DNA of 63,344 nucleotides, the filler included, from Octopus bimaculoides (lineage: Eukaryota), in NCBI RefSeq assembly GCF_001194135.2. It is 6 parts of 5 records of this genome, joined end to end, with 100 filler letters (N's around TTAATTAATTAA, not from the genome) between each part and the next. Parts side by side here need not be neighbours in the genome. Positions count along the whole stretch, not along the records: positions 1 to 13,698 come from NC_068994.1; 5 more parts are not named here. One strand, given 5' to 3'. Positions 1 to 13,698 of this stretch are shown in pieces. The notes under the pieces were generated by a model. The model had not been told where the DNA came from. It made no database searches and saw only the letters and a program-made list of their open reading frames with translations. How positions within the stretch are numbered: the first letter of the stretch is position 1; each line of letters starts with the position of its first letter. The translations under genes and the position numbers were made by a program.

Positions 1-39
<39 letters not shown>

Positions 40-269
40 TAATATTTCTCTCAAAAGTGAAGCGCATATACTCGAAAGATCAGAGTTACAATACAGTAAT
101 CTCAGTGCGATAATAATTACACCCTGCTTCAGTATTGAGCACTTTTCTACTTTGTAAACTCATACACTCACACACATCCATCAATCCATCCATCCAGACA
201 TGTATGCTTATTGTACACACATACAAACATACAGTAAACACACATGTATATGTATATGCGTGTGTATGT

Positions 270-323
<54 letters not shown>

Positions 324-959
324 AGCTAATCATCTTTTACAAGATTTAGCCATGGAGCACTCCCACCGCCTTTGTTCCGCTTACTATTGCTCTCTTTCCC
401 TCCTGTTGTTGCTTGTAGATGAAGAAGTGATTTTGACGTTGTTGCTTTCATATATAGTTGTTGCTATGGCGTAAATTTATCTGGGATCTTAGTGTGTACA
501 AGTGCTGTTCGGAAGTTTTTTACATTCACCCTATATAGATCTCTCATTTTTCTTTTCTTTTTTTTTTTTTAAACCAGAGGATTGAAATGATATCCTAAAC
601 TATGACAGTACTTGGTCCAAATGTAGCGGGTGCGAGTGAGACATTTGGTATGTGACATTTGCTGGAGGATTGACTATTAATGTTGAAGTTTGGTGATAGT
701 CGTTCCAGGTTCTGCCAAATAAGTATCACTATATAACTTTCTCTTCTTTTGGTCCTGGCAGTAGACTCAGTACCTTAAATATTGCCCAGTTGGTAATTTG
801 CTGCAGAGAGGCAGTCTTCAAGTTTCGCAATCAGTTTAATGCGGAGCATAATGGTGACTTTAGTTAACAATGGCACAGAAGACTGCGAAGAATTTGGTTC
901 ACGAGAGCAACGTGATTTCTTATTGTTTCATCTATATGATATCTAATGTGTATGCTTTG

Positions 960-1010
<51 letters not shown>

Positions 1011-1013
1011 AAC

Positions 1014-1046
<33 letters not shown>

Positions 1047-2069
1047 TTATTAATGCACATGTGTGCTTGTATATACACTCACATACATACATGTACCTGA
1101 TATTTTCGATTAAGAAGACCGCTCCTCGATTTCAATGCAGAGTATACATATTTAGTAATTTAGATTTCGATCTTACTTGGCTAACAGCTTCCTTAATCTT
1201 ATTACAGTATTATCAAATTTCGAAATCCTGATCATAATGTGCTAAACCGAGGAAACAGTTTTCTCACAGTAATGCTCAAATTTAATTGAAGATGAGCAGA
1301 TTATGCATCTGCGATGAAGAGTGCAACAAAGTCCATCAGGCTAGAATGATGCAACTGGACAGCGAGAAACAGGTGCAACGTACAAGATCATATCCGTTAG
1401 GACGCAGAAGAAGCCCCGCCAGAACTCACACCACAATGTTGAGTCACTCCATGTGCCTCTACTCTTATGCAGAATAGTTCAGCAGATGAAACGGTCTTCG
1501 GTGAACAGTTTGAAGATGTGTGTGGGATCGAGCCTACAGACAAGACCGAAGGGTAACACCGACAATCATTCTTAGCGATGCGTCTACCAGATTCTGCCTC
1601 ACGGAGGTAAAAAATAAAAGACCGTACAATAAAAACCACACGGCCACCAAAATACTGCAACTTCTCGAGGAGTTTCGAGAAGCAGTACAATGGAACCAGT
1701 GAAGAACACCAACCACTAACAAGGTTGTGAGAAATCCTGATCCCTAAGAAAGAAGCTAATCACCCTTCTTAAAGTAGAAGGGCACAGGGACGAAGAAGAG
1801 AAAGGACAAAAAGCATGCAATTTTCATTTCTAATCCATTTAAGTTCACCAATAAACCTCTCAGTAGAAAAAATAAATCCTTTTCTTCGCAGTACTCTAGA
1901 TGACCCTGTACGAGAGGATAAATTTAACCTTAACAAAATCTTTATAAGCCCATCACTCCTAACGACTAAGTTTGAAATGAGCGAGCGAAACTGAAGGGAA
2001 GTTCAGAAAGGCGTTAAGATAGCAAGATTAACCTCTGCTTCAGGGCCCATTAGAGTACTTGCAATGTTT

Positions 2070-2423
2070 CCAGTTGCTGGCAGAAACGTTAGCACGCCGG
2101 GCGAAATGCTTAGCAGTATTTCGTCTGCCGTTACGTTCTGAGTTCAAATTCTGCTGAGGTCGACTTTGCCTTTCATCCTCTCGGGGTCGATAAATTAAGT
2201 ACCAGTTACGCACTGGGGTCAATGTAATCGACCTAATCCCTTTGTCCGTCCTTGTTTGTCCCCTGTATGTTGAGCCCCTTGTGGGCAATAAAGAAATAAG
2301 AAACGTTAGCACACCGAGCGAAATGTTTAGCGGTATTCGTCTGTCTTTATGTTCTGAGTTCAAATTCCGCGGAGGTCGACTTTGCCTTTCATCCTTTCGG
2401 GGTCGATAAATTAAGTACCAATA
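2070..2423 (+). mobile_element. tRNA-derived SINE (family B), head-to-tail dimer
   Basis: Two successive copies of agaaacgttagcac...gttctgagttcaaatt...gtcgactttgcctttcatcc..ggggtcgataaattaagtacc; the second runs into a gap. The same family recurs at ~46250, ~50330 and ~56670. Confidence 0.8.
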
Positions 2424-2539
2424 NNNNNNNNNNNNNNNNNNNNNNNNNNNNNNNNNNNNNNNNNNNNNNNNNNNNNNNNNNNNNNNNNNNNNNNNNNNNN
2501 NNNNNNNAATTTCGAGCCCTGTGCCTAGAGTAGAAAAGA

Positions 2540-2880
2540 ATGTTATTTTATTCACTTAGTTTTGAATGTTTACACATTTATCCCCTTCAAAGTATTCTCC
2601 ACTGTTCGAAGCACCGTTGGAACTCTTATGAAGTGATGCGTTTTGACGCCTCCATCGTTTTTTTTTCTTCACCTCTTCAACATTTGCAAACTCCCTAGCA
2701 CCGGCTTTCATCATCAGTGATGAGATTCGAAAAAAGGTCCGGATCAGCTTCCAACTGTTCTTTCAGTTCACGACACGCATTCAGTCGTGACTGCTTTTGG
2801 TCTTCCGTGGGCAAACGAGGCATAAATTTTGCAACTCTTTTCATTCGCAATTCTTTCTGATAATGAATATATTTACACAT
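2540..2880 (-). mobile_element. Mariner transposase fragment
   Basis: MKRVAKFMPRLPTEDQKQSRLNACRELKEQLEADPDLFSNLITDDESR is a degenerate WVPRxL...ITGDESW mariner region. Confidence 0.75.
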
Positions 2881-2924
2881 AAGTACAGAAAGGTGAGATT
2901 TCTTCTGTACTAGCTGTGTGTATC

Positions 2925-4930
2925 ATTCAGGAGCAGTCACGCAGCTCTTTCGAGAAGGAAGAAAGGCAAAAGAGATCTGAAGGTTCTGTGGCTGGATGTT
3001 GCACAGTGTCTACTGGTGCATGCAACACAAGCTAATGGAGAAAGCTCTTCAAAGACACTGTGTTCCAAGAAAGATCAACGACCTCATTTTTTATTATTAT
3101 TATCGAAACTTCCAGATAAGAGTTACTTTAGGATCCGCAGCCTCAGAGTGGAAGAAAGTATTATAAATGGTTACACCATTTCAGTAATCTTTTTTGCCAT
3201 CACCACGAACATGCATGACAGTCAAGTCAGCAGAGATGGATTGACAAGGACAAAATCCTGTGGGCAACATCCATCAATAAAAGCCTTTGGAGATGACCTG
3301 ACTGTAACAGCATCGAAAGCTGCTGGTCATTCAAGGACTCAAGAAGCTCATCTCATGGACAAGGAGGATGAGTTTTAAATCATCTTGTACTTAAAAAAAG
3401 AGATGGGGAAAGGTGGAAAAATTCCGCTATAACTTACCTGAAACTACCATCACAACTCAAGAGCTTGCGGAAATTCTTTGACAGCAGCCTGAAGGACGTA
3501 TTTGCCATCCGTAGAACAAATCGAGGTTGTTCAGTCGCTTCAAAGCTAGTGTATATACCAGCACCTTGTCACCTGCTCAGAGTTTTGTATCTCCTGTCAT
3601 CATTCGATGTTAGTGTGTCAACTATGGAAATACCAGAGATCAATAGTTTTTTTTTAAGAGGTTGCTTGATATACCAAGGAGTCTTAGGAGTATCGTTCAA
3701 GATGAATCAGCCAACACCTTACTACTCCCATTCAGCGGTCAGTCAGAAGAGTTCGTAGCGTCACGAACAAGAGAAGCCATGGTTCCAAGGACACCAAAGC
3801 AGTAGAAGCTAACATTGATATATGCACATGTAAGAAGTGGGGTCTTCCAAAGAGCTGCAGGTGGTAAAGGGTCTATTGAGGCAGAGTGTACCACAGTTGT
3901 TGGGACTGTGGTAATAGGGCTTGCAAGCTTTAGTTGCTTTTCGACCCGCCAGATTAGTGACACAAAGGCAAAGAGTGACCTTTCCTCCAACAAGTCTGCA
4001 TTGCTGTAGAGGAAGCATGAGCTAACAGGGTAATGGAATTCAGTCAACAAGAAACCTGGACATACAGCAGCAGAACATCACTTGGTCAGATCTTTAGTGG
4101 ATTGACATCCAGTGCATCAGATTTCTGATCCATACTGTCAGCGACACTTTACCAAACATTAAAGACCTTCACATATGAAGCAGCAGTGAAGTACCTTCCT
4201 GCCCCTTGTGTACTGAAAGTGGGTCCCTTTAATGACTCCTTAGCAGCTGCCCCAGAGCTTTATCCGGTGGCCGTTCCCACTGGTGACATGATCAAGTACC
4301 CAAGGTGGTTGCAGAGGTAATAAAATAGCCAGAGTTCAGCAAGTATCTCTCAAAGAAAGAGGTCATCACTTTTCTCAAAGCTGGAGAGAAGTGCAGTTCC
4401 CTGAAACACCAACGACTATGCCTATTTTTCACCGCCCCAGGCTAGTAACTGAGAGTGAATCTTGCAGAAAAGTTGAAGTTTCTAGAGCACATCGTACCAA
4501 CGTCTATCCGCCCAGACATAGCGATCTTTTTAAATTCTACCAAACAGTTGATTTTGTGGAAACTGACTGTTCAATGGGAAGCACACATTGAGGAAGTTCC
4601 TGAGAGAAAGCTTGCCAAATACTAGAAGCTGGTAAACCCGCACATAACCCAGAGCTAGCAGGCATGTTACAAGGTAACTGAAGTAATCTGCCAGAATTTT
4701 GTGGTGTGTTCACTCTTTTAGGGTCTGACTGGAAATACTGGTGCAGCAAAGAGGAGGGTTGCAGAAAAGGACATTAGAAGACTTGGATAAAAAGGGTAGG
4801 CTGGTGTTTTGGCTGCTATTGGGATGTAAACTGGGGCTTGCTCAACCCCGCTGGATTGACTGGGTGAGTGTGTCTGATATTAAAAGACACAAACCACCCT
4901 AGACCTCATAAACATCACTGATGATGCATC
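2925..4930 (+). mobile_element. Decayed HERO-like (RLE-type) non-LTR retrotransposon
   Basis: RT remnants DLKVLWLDVA and KAFGDDLTVT, an RLE-region remnant LTVQWEAHIEEVPERKLAKY, and a 3' end catcactgatgatg. Many stops and frameshifts. Confidence 0.7.
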
Positions 4931-5449
4931 TATGTGTATCTCTGAGAGGTATCTTGAAACTTATGTCGATATGTGTGTACGTACGTATATACATACATAC
5001 ATGCATACATACATACATACATACATACATACATTCATATCAAAGACTTTTCCATTCTTCCCGAGCGTTAAACTAATACACCTGATTATTGTTTCTTCAC
5101 CTGTCTCCGTCTTTTGTATTTTGTAAATTGAAATGTATATATCTTTGTGTGTGTGTATATATATATATATATATACATACATGTGAGTCTATGTGCGTGT
5201 GTGTGTATGTGTATATATATATATATATATATGAACACGATCCAGGGATCTGAGAGTGGGAAGTTTGTATGCTTCAAGCAGCAGACGAGAACAAAAAGTC
5301 AACAGTATACAATAAGATACAATAGCAATTTATTGGCATCGAAAGTTACACACTCTTTCTCATATCGAAGTTGCAAAGAAATTCGATAAGCAGATAGTTT
5401 CTATACAACTCACTGTTAGCAACTAATGCTGATAAAAATGCGAATAAAA

Positions 5450-6302
5450 TTCCAAACTGAGGATAGAGGAACAGTTAAAATGTTAGCTACATTTGCTTCT
5501 TAACTAGCTGAAGTTCATTATGCAAGTGTTGCACAATGAACTGTACTCAGCATAGCTAAACATTAGGCTGAGATTACCTTAATGAAGTTTACATTGTCAC
5601 ACAGAATTTCTAAGTCAGCCACAACACAATGGTGAGTCCAACTGAATAGAAAAGTCAATAGCAAAAAATATGAAAAAGAATAAAATATTTAAAGAAAATA
5701 AGTTTTGATAACCAATGAGTATTTTAGCAGGGAGTGGATGTGGATAAGAGTCAAAGAGTAGGAAGAAAAGGAGAAAGAGAAGGAAAGAAAAAAAAATGGA
5801 GTGATATCATTATGGAGAATGGTAGGGCATGTATTGGGGTAATAAAAACCTTTTCGAAAGATGTTGACCATAGATTTTGGCAGACTGCTGATATCATGTC
5901 GTCCAAATTTATGAGTAGATATTTTTTTATATATTTTTGCTATTGACTTTTCTATTCAGTTGAATTCACCATTGCACTGTGACTGACATAGGAATTCCGT
6001 GCGGCAATGTTTTCTCTTAATAATGTTTGTTGAATTAATTTAGAATGTGGTGGCAAGTATTTGTGCATTATTAGCGGTTGCTTTTTTTCTACGTTGTTGG
6101 AGCGAAAGGGTTTAAGGTCCTCGTGTGTGCTCCTGCTCCGCTTAGTCCATTCTCTAATGGACTAAATGTAATTTTCATTAAGGTAATCTCAGCCTGGTGT
6201 TTAGCTACGTTGAGCATAGCTCATTGATAACAATTGCATCCTGAGCTTCAGCTAGTTAAACATATGTAGCTTACATATTACCTGTTCCATTCCCTCAATT
6301 TG

Positions 6303-6305
<3 letters not shown>
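5450..6305. mobile_element. Foldback/MITE-like element with long imperfect inverted arms
   Basis: 5450-5590 pairs with 6172-6305, and 5590-5680 pairs with 5922-6015 (e.g. caactgaatagaaaagtcaatagcaaaaa vs tttttgctattgacttttctattcagttg). The right end abuts a (TA)n tract. Confidence 0.7.
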
Positions 6306-6338
<33 letters not shown>

Positions 6339-6589
6339 TTCTTCTTCTTCTTATATATATAAGTATAACAAGAAGGCAAAAGAAAAAGCCAGCAGAGAGG
6401 CTAGGCTGCTAGGATCTACAAGCCATGACCACTGGACTATTAGATAACCTTCTGAAGATTCTTCTGTTGTCTGGCACACAAAGCACAGCAATAATTAATA
6501 AGAGTAGACATCTAAACACTCCGAAAGATACAGCTCGAAGAATTAGTACCTCTTCGTCAGAGAGGCTATAAAACTGCTGAAGATTGTGA

Positions 6590-8520
6590 ACTCTAATTAG
6601 AAAGGGACGAAGTGGATTTTATCACTTTTGCTTCACACATCCAACGGACCTGCCAACCTCATCAATGTCTATGCCCCTATCCTCTGCGCAAAAATCAAAC
6701 GACGATTTCTATAACTAGCTAGGGATCCGAAATCAACAAGAGCTTCTACTGCTTGGCGACTGATTGAGAGCCGACCACGATTCCTGACCGAGCTGCCTAG
6801 AGTTGCAACAATTGGCAGAATAAATGACGATGGACAAGAATGAATTGATTGAGCATTGCACACTCCATGACTCTGTGGTGTGTCACAAACCTTAACTTCC
6901 AGAATAAATCCTTGCATAAAGTGTTTTTGTGACACTTCGTTCCAAACACCAGCATCAACTAGATCTGATACAAGATATCTAAGATATGTATTTATAAGTC
7001 GATCCTTTCAGAACACTGATTGCAACACAGGTCATTCTCTGGTTTGCTGACTTCAGTCAAGGAAGACGCAGGGTATGAAACCTCGTAAGCAACGCATTGA
7101 TACCAGCATAACAAAGTGGCAAAGTTCATCAGGTCACTGGAAGATGCTTTGCTGCGGACCCACCAAGACATTCATAAGTACGATGAGACCCTCCTAGAAA
7201 TACCATCCACAGTAATATTCCGAAGGCCTTTAGGAGGAAGCAGGGCAAAACATATGACTGGTTTGAATCAAGCTCAAGTATGCTCACAGCTCTCATCGAG
7301 GCAAAGACTGCAATCCTGCTTGAACAGAATAGTTACTCTACCCAGGCAACCCTGCAAGCACTAAGAACAGCAAATAGTAAAGGCCAAAAAAACAGCCAGA
7401 CGCTGTTCAAATCACAATTACCAACAACTTTGCAAAGGCTACATCCATGGAGTATATCAGGGTATAAAAAAGATAATCACTTCAACCATGAAGAGGACAA
7501 AACTACTTAAAACTCTAAGAGATGGAGAGGTGGATTCAGAATTACTTTGAAGTCTACTCCATCTACTCCGAATCGAACAGTGCGCTAGGCGCCGGGGAAT
7601 ACCTGCTTGTGATGTAAGAACTAGGTACATTGTCGATTGCTGAATAGCTGAATAAAACAAACAATTAACAGCCTTACCACTAGTCGGATCGGTTGGCAGA
7701 ATGCCAGAGGCTACGAAGTGTGCAAATGCCATCTTACAACGCCACCTACGCAAACAGCTATGCCTGTAATGGGAAGAAGGAACAGTACCACGGGATACAA
7801 GAGACTGCAATAGAGTCACCCTGTACAAGAACAAGAAACGATTGCAAACAAGAACACGAAATGACTGCAAACAACTGCATTGTCTTCGCTCGCGATCCTC
7901 AACAGACTGCAGAAAATCGCTGATAGAATATAATCTGGGTTTCAATGTAGCCTAAGATCGGAACATTTTACAATTGACATGATCGTTTTCAACTGCAAGA
8001 AAAATGCAGAGAACAAAATCAACCACTGTACATTATTTTCATTCGCCTCACTCACAAAGGCATTGTTAGTTTACACGGCCTGTTCAAAGTCCTCGCCAAG
8101 ATTGGATATGTTCCGAGCTTACTCAGTCTTTTGTTCATTCATTCCAAAAAGGCATGAATGACATGGTTCATTTTGATGGCTTTTCCCCGGAATCCTTCGG
8201 CATTCGTTATGAAGTGAAGCAGGTCTGTGTGACTACCCCTAAGTCTATTCAGCAGCTTCTCTATCATCGTACTGAAGCTCGCCTTTGGAACATAAACTGA
8301 TGGTATTTATCATCATACAAGATCAAATGGAAAGCTGTCCAGTCTAATACAATTGAAGACGATAATAAAGTATGCAGGGTATTCATCAGAAAGATGTTGT
8401 TTGCAGACGACGCAGCACTGGCAACATACTTGGAGGAGTAACTTCGACTCCTTATGGACAAACTCACAAGAATCTGTCAAAACTTCAGCTTAACCAATCA
8501 GTCTAAAGAAGACAAAACCT
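6590..8520 (+). mobile_element. Decayed RTE-clade LINE (APE and RT remnants)
   Basis: Frameshifted RT motifs resembling QEKCREQNQPLYIIFIDLTKAF, GVKQGCV and MLFADDAAL. Confidence 0.65.
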
Positions 8521-9099
8521 CGCTGTGGAGGTAGTTAGAATGTAAGCACCTTCTTTGCTGGCTATTGATTGTAGAGGAAAAGGAATCTCCTGTTTCGTGT
8601 TTTGTTGACCACTCCACAAAGGTGTATCCTGGATTCTTTCTTCAATTAGTTGCATATAAAGCAGTCAGCTAAATTATAAAGCAGTCAAGAATTAGATAAG
8701 TGCTATGGTGGGCAGTTTAATTTGCATATTTGTATGTTTGATGGCTCATCATTAATTAGATGCTAACTATTTATGTCAGCACAGTGTAAATCAGAAAACC
8801 TGATATAAATTCAAACATTACAAAACCAAACTGTAGATTAAATAAGTACGTAAACTGATTCTTTCTATGATAGTGATATGCAGCAAAAAGAAGGGAAGGG
8901 GGTCTCCTGATTGACCATTTCATGGTTTGTTGACCACTCATCAATTAAGAAGTATGTGGCTTCCTAATTCAGTCAATAGCGTGTGTCAGGTGCTATATAA
9001 AGCAGTCAGTCCACTAAGGCTTTAACATTATTCATGTCTACTGTAGCAGGTTGAGACAAAAGTTGTTTTTTTCTTTTTGTATTTCAAGCTTTAATTAAT

Positions 9100-10080
9100 T
9101 GTTGAACTAAATTTCCCATCATATTCTATTGTCATCATTGTACCAGATGCTCAATCCGACGCTTATTCCATTTCCTGCCCCCGTTTTAAACCTCATCCAC
9201 GTTGTTGAACCCCGCGTACGTGCTGCAAATGAGCCATGGCTCGGAAAACATGGTAATCTGTTGGTGCAAGGTCTGGACTGTGAGGCAATACTTACAACCC
9301 CTCAAGTTCCTCACGTTTGTGCTTGGTCACATTGGCAGTGTGTACTGGTGCATTGTCATGCTGTAGGAGTGCGCTTCTTTGATTGACCAATACTGGGTAG
9401 TGGGCTTTCAAAGCATCATATACTCACTGCAGTTGTTGAGCATAAAAGTTAGCATTCACGGCATGACCATCTGAGAAAAGCTCAAAGTGCAAAACCTCCC
9501 TGAAATTCTACCAAACACACATGACCTGGTTCAAACTGCTCTTGTTTGACAATCGGTTCTGAAGTCTGCCTGGAACAAAGCCACTGATTCCTCACATTAA
9601 GATTATGAAAATGGATCCATTTTTCATCCACGATCACAATCGACACCAAAAACAGGCATCTCGAGGATTTGTCAGTAGTTGTTTGCAAATGTTCACACAT
9701 AGTTGAGCTTGGTCATTGGTCAGTTCATGAGGAGATTCTCGACAGCGTCTGTTCACGAGGCCGAACTTGTGGAGGTGTCGATTGAAGGTGCTTTGTGAAG
9801 TACCAACGTTGAATGTATGCTTGTGCATGGCTGTTCAACCATTTCAAACAAGGCCTCCTCTTCTACAACAGAATGTCTTTCCGACCTTGACTGGTGTCAC
9901 CTTCCTATAAATGTCTGAACCAGTTTTGTGCCATACGTTCGTTGACAGCTCCTTGGCTGTCAACATCATTTATTTCATTTACTGCTGCCCTTGCACTCAG
10001 TCCTTTTTTCCACGGGAAGCGTAAAATGGTTTTAATTGTACTTTTTCACTTCTCGTTATTAAAACTGTAAAATAAAGAAT
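9100..10080 (-). mobile_element. Decayed mariner element
   Basis: Minus-strand remnants SPHELT (WVPHEL-like), IVIVDEKWIHFHN (first catalytic D) and PDLAPTDYHVF (YSPDL motif). Confidence 0.75.
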
Positions 10081-10516
10081 AAACAATTAATGTTTGTATG
10101 TAACATATGAAAATAAAGAATAAGCAATTCAGTAGTGACAGGATATCAAATTTATGATATAACATGGAGATGTAGGTTGCCAAAAATGGTCAATGAAAAA
10201 CGTTTTGACTCAACCTGGTATATTACAGTAATCATATTGTATTGATTGGGGAAGGAAACTGGGTGAATCTTCTCAGTTGAAAGATTAGCAAATCATGAAA
10301 CAATCTGTCAGAAAACTTCTGAATTATTTTTCTGCACATTAACAACATAAAAAGAATGTTTGCATTTAAAAAAAATTTACTATGAGGTAATGTAATGTTT
10401 AAATTTATTTCAGTACTTCTTCTGATTCTTGACATGTTGATACTTTTTAAATAGCGGCAATACCGAAATCTATACAGTTTTTATCTACCAAATTCCTTTC
10501 ACATGATTTTGGTCAC

Positions 10517-10518
10517 GT

Positions 10519-10583
<65 letters not shown>

Positions 10584-10637
10584 TGTAGTAGTAGTAGTAG
10601 TAGTAGTAGTAATGGTAGTAGTAGTAGTAGTAGTAGA
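10517..10637. repeat. (AGT)n microsatellite
   Basis: About 40 AGT units with few interruptions. Confidence 0.95.
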
Positions 10638-10799
10638 GGACCTTAACTAAAGTGCCATGGATATGAATTGTATGCAAAACCACATGGTTACAAACTCCAT
10701 TTCATAAACTAGTAGTTGTGTGTGTAGGCATGTGCGTGTGGGTGTGTGTAAAAAATATGTGTCTGCTTATATATGTGTATGAATATATGTGTATAAGTA

Positions 10800-11811
10800 T
10801 TGTGTCATCCCATAAATATTGCGGTTTTTTATACTTCTTTTATTTATCAAAATTAAGATAATCAGAGTTCTTTATTAATCTAAAATATACTCCCCTTCAT
10901 TTTCTACAATGCTCTTCCATCTATCGGTAGACTTGCAAGGCCTCTCTTCCAAAATTCACTCGTCCGTGACGAAAAATGCTCCTTCAATACTGTTCTGACC
11001 TCGTCTACAGAATTCATATTTTTTCCGTCCAAATGACTTTGAAGACTGCGGAATAAATGATAATCAGATGGGGCAATGTCTGACGGATATGGAGAGTGGG
11101 GCATCGTTTCCTATTCAAAGTGCTCCAGCCTTTGGAATGTCATCCTCGCTGTATGTGGCCAAGCATTATCCTGATGGAAGAACACCATTCGTCTTGGAAC
11201 CAAAGACGGTCGTTTTCCGATGGCATGCAGGTGTCGATGAATGGTTGAATGAGCAAATGCAAGCTTCTCTGCAAAGGGGTCGATGAATGGTTGAATGAGC
11301 AAATGCAAGCTTCTCTGCAAAGGGGTCGATGAATGGTTGAATGAGCAAATCTAAGCTTCTCTGCTAGTTACCCAACAGTTACGATGGGATTTTTCTACCA
11401 GGGTTTGCAGGACGTACTTTTCAAGCTCTACAGTTCTTCCAGGACAAGGTTCGTCTTCTCGGCTGTAGTTTCCGGCTCGAAATTTCTGAAACCACCGTTG
11501 ACACTGGTTTATGCTTATTGTCTAATCTTCATATACTGCATTAACACTTCTCGCACTTTCTATTGCGTTGTTGCCTTTATTGAACTCATAAGCAAAATAT
11601 GCCAAATATGTTCCTTTGTGATTTCCATTATAGCTTTGAAGAAATAACTGTTAAGATCGAACTGCACTCTTCAAAACTTGCTCTAAGAATAAAGAAAAGG
11701 TAAAATTACTACCTGCTTTAATAACAAGTTGATGCAGTTAGTTTATCGCGAGCCCCTCCGACTTTTATTTCATGCAATTGAAAAAACAGCATTATTTATG
11801 GGATGACCCAA
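10800..11811 (-). mobile_element. Internally deleted mariner with both TIRs and TA flanks
   Basis: Left ta|ttgtgtcatcccataaatattgcggtttttt and right aaaaaacagcattatttatgggatgacccaa|ta. Transposase remnants FHQDNAWPH and HSPYPSDIAPSDYHLFRSL. Confidence 0.88.
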
Positions 11812-12039
11812 TATATGTGTGTGTATATATATATAGTTGAAATTTACAGAAAAACAAAAGACGAAGACATGTGTATAAACGACAAACAGGTGTATTAGTT
11901 TGACGCTTGGGAAGGGGAGAAAGTCTTTTACGTTTCGAGCCTAAGCTCTTCAACACAAAGGAACACGAGGAAATAAACAGAATGGTCAATCATATATATA
12001 NNNNNNNNNNGGGTTACTCTATATTTTTGTAGAGTACAA

Positions 12040-12850
12040 GTGTATACTTAAACAAGAATATTGTTGACAGTGACTTCGAAGTTTCAGCCAGTTAAGCCAT
12101 TGTTGGACTGCGATGCATTAGAGCTAATCTTTGCTTTATATAGTCTCTGTTGGTTTAAAGTTTTCCTTGGGCATGTGGGTTTGAGTGGGGGTGGTAATTA
12201 GACTTTAGGGTGAGCTGTTATGGAGAGGTGTTTTGGAGAAATTTTTATTGATTAAATTTGGGGTTATGTTATTGCGTAAAATTTATTCATGTGTGTAGAG
12301 TTTTATAAGCAAGTGTGTATGTTTAGGTGTGCCCCTTTGTTAGGTAGGCACAGGATGTGTTTATAATTTAGTTATTTGGAGTTTTATTGGATTTATTTCT
12401 TTGCTCTGACAATTTAAAGGTCCAAAGTACAAAGTCCAGTTGCCAGAACCTTAATAACTGAGTTTGGCAACTTTTTTGCTATGCAATTTTTTAATGGTTC
12501 ACAAAAGAATATGAGCAGGTGGTATGTTTTAGCTGAACAATTTCTTTACTTGTTATTTAGGCTATTTCCTATTTTTATTTGGAAGGTGGTGGTCATTAGT
12601 CAAACATGTCATAGTGTTGTTGGTATAGAGAATTGCTTCTCTTATGAGTATTTCGTTAGGTGTAGAGGCTGTTGTTCTCTATGTTTCTCTTTGAGTGTTC
12701 ATTGTTTTATAGGCAATTTGATTAGCATATAGAGATTTTAACCTTTGTGTTTTATAGAGTCTGGGTTTGTCGGCTGTGTGTTTATGGATATTTCTTCAAT
12801 TCTGTTTCAAATATGGGTATTTTATAATGTGTTATCTTACGTCTCTGGTG
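12040..12850 (-). mobile_element. Penelope-like element remnant (GIY-YIG C-terminus and 3' region)
   Basis: Heavily decayed minus frame IVRAKK...HILCLPNKGAHLN...NSTHMNKF resembles the endonuclease tail seen at 36330 and 44480, followed by a hammerhead relic at 12068-12110. Confidence 0.5.
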
Positions 12851-12914
12851 AAAGTAGGGCATTATAAAGGATGTGTAAATATTCATATATAGAAATGGGA
12901 ATAAATGTGCACAC

Positions 12915-13165
12915 ATATACAAATATATATACATACATATATATTATATCTTTTATCTTTTACTAGTTATATTCATTAGACTGTGGCCATGCTGGAGCAC
13001 TGCCTTGAAGAATTTTAGTCAAATGTAACGATCCCAGTACTTAATTTTTTAAAGTTTGGTATTTATTCTATCAATATCTTTTGCTGAACCACTACATTAT
13101 GGGGATGTAGACACACCAGCACTCGTTGTCAAGTGGTTTGTGGAGGACAAGCACGGACACACACA
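12915..13165 (-). mobile_element. tRNA-SINE family A, 3' part
   Basis: Reverse complement of the body and tail of the full copy at 59697-60130 (gtggccatgctggagcactgcc; ggggatgtagacacaccagca). Confidence 0.7.
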
Positions 13166-13167
13166 CA

Positions 13168-13698
13168 CCTGGCAGAGGCCTTGGGTTATGGTCTCACTTG
13201 GCTTGCGGGTTTTCTCACGCACAGCTTATTTCCAAAGGTCTCGGTCACAAGTCATTGCCTCGGTGAGACCTAATGTTCGAAGGTTGTGCATCACCACCTC
13301 ATCCCAGGTCTTCCTGGATCTACCTCTTCCACATGTTCCCTCAACCGCAAGGGTGTGGTACTTTTTCACACAGCTATCCTCATCCATTCTCACCACATGT
13401 CCATACCAGCGCAATCGTCTCTCTTGCACACCACAACTGATGCTTCTTAGGTTCAACTTTTCTCTCAAGGTACTTCCACTCTGTCGAGTATGCACACTGA
13501 CATTACACATCAATCGGAGCATACTGGCTTCATTCCTTGCGAGCTTATGCATGTCCTCAGCAGTCACGGCCCATGTTTCACTGCCATGTAGCATGGCTGT
13601 TCGTACACATGCGTCATACAGTCTGCCTTTTACTCTGAGTGAGAGGCCCTTTGTCACCAGCAGAGGTAAGAACTCTCTGAACATTGCCCAGGCTATTC
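13168..13698 (-). mobile_element. RTE LINE 3' RT fragment, same family as 29967-33345
   Basis: FREFLPLLVTKGLSLRVKGRLYDACVRTAMLHGSETW...RLRWYGHVVRM...GRGRSRKTWDEVV; about 90% identical by eye to 32100-32620 in the opposite orientation. Confidence 0.9.

Noticed and set aside
1286-1740. Short ORFs with a possible RT-like SADETV motif
   Set aside because: Too decayed to assign by eye; possibly an old LINE scrap.
4915-4975. CTGATGA...GAAAC ttat GTC after the HERO element
   Set aside because: Stem I and stem II do not pair; CTGATGA belongs to the LINE 3' end.
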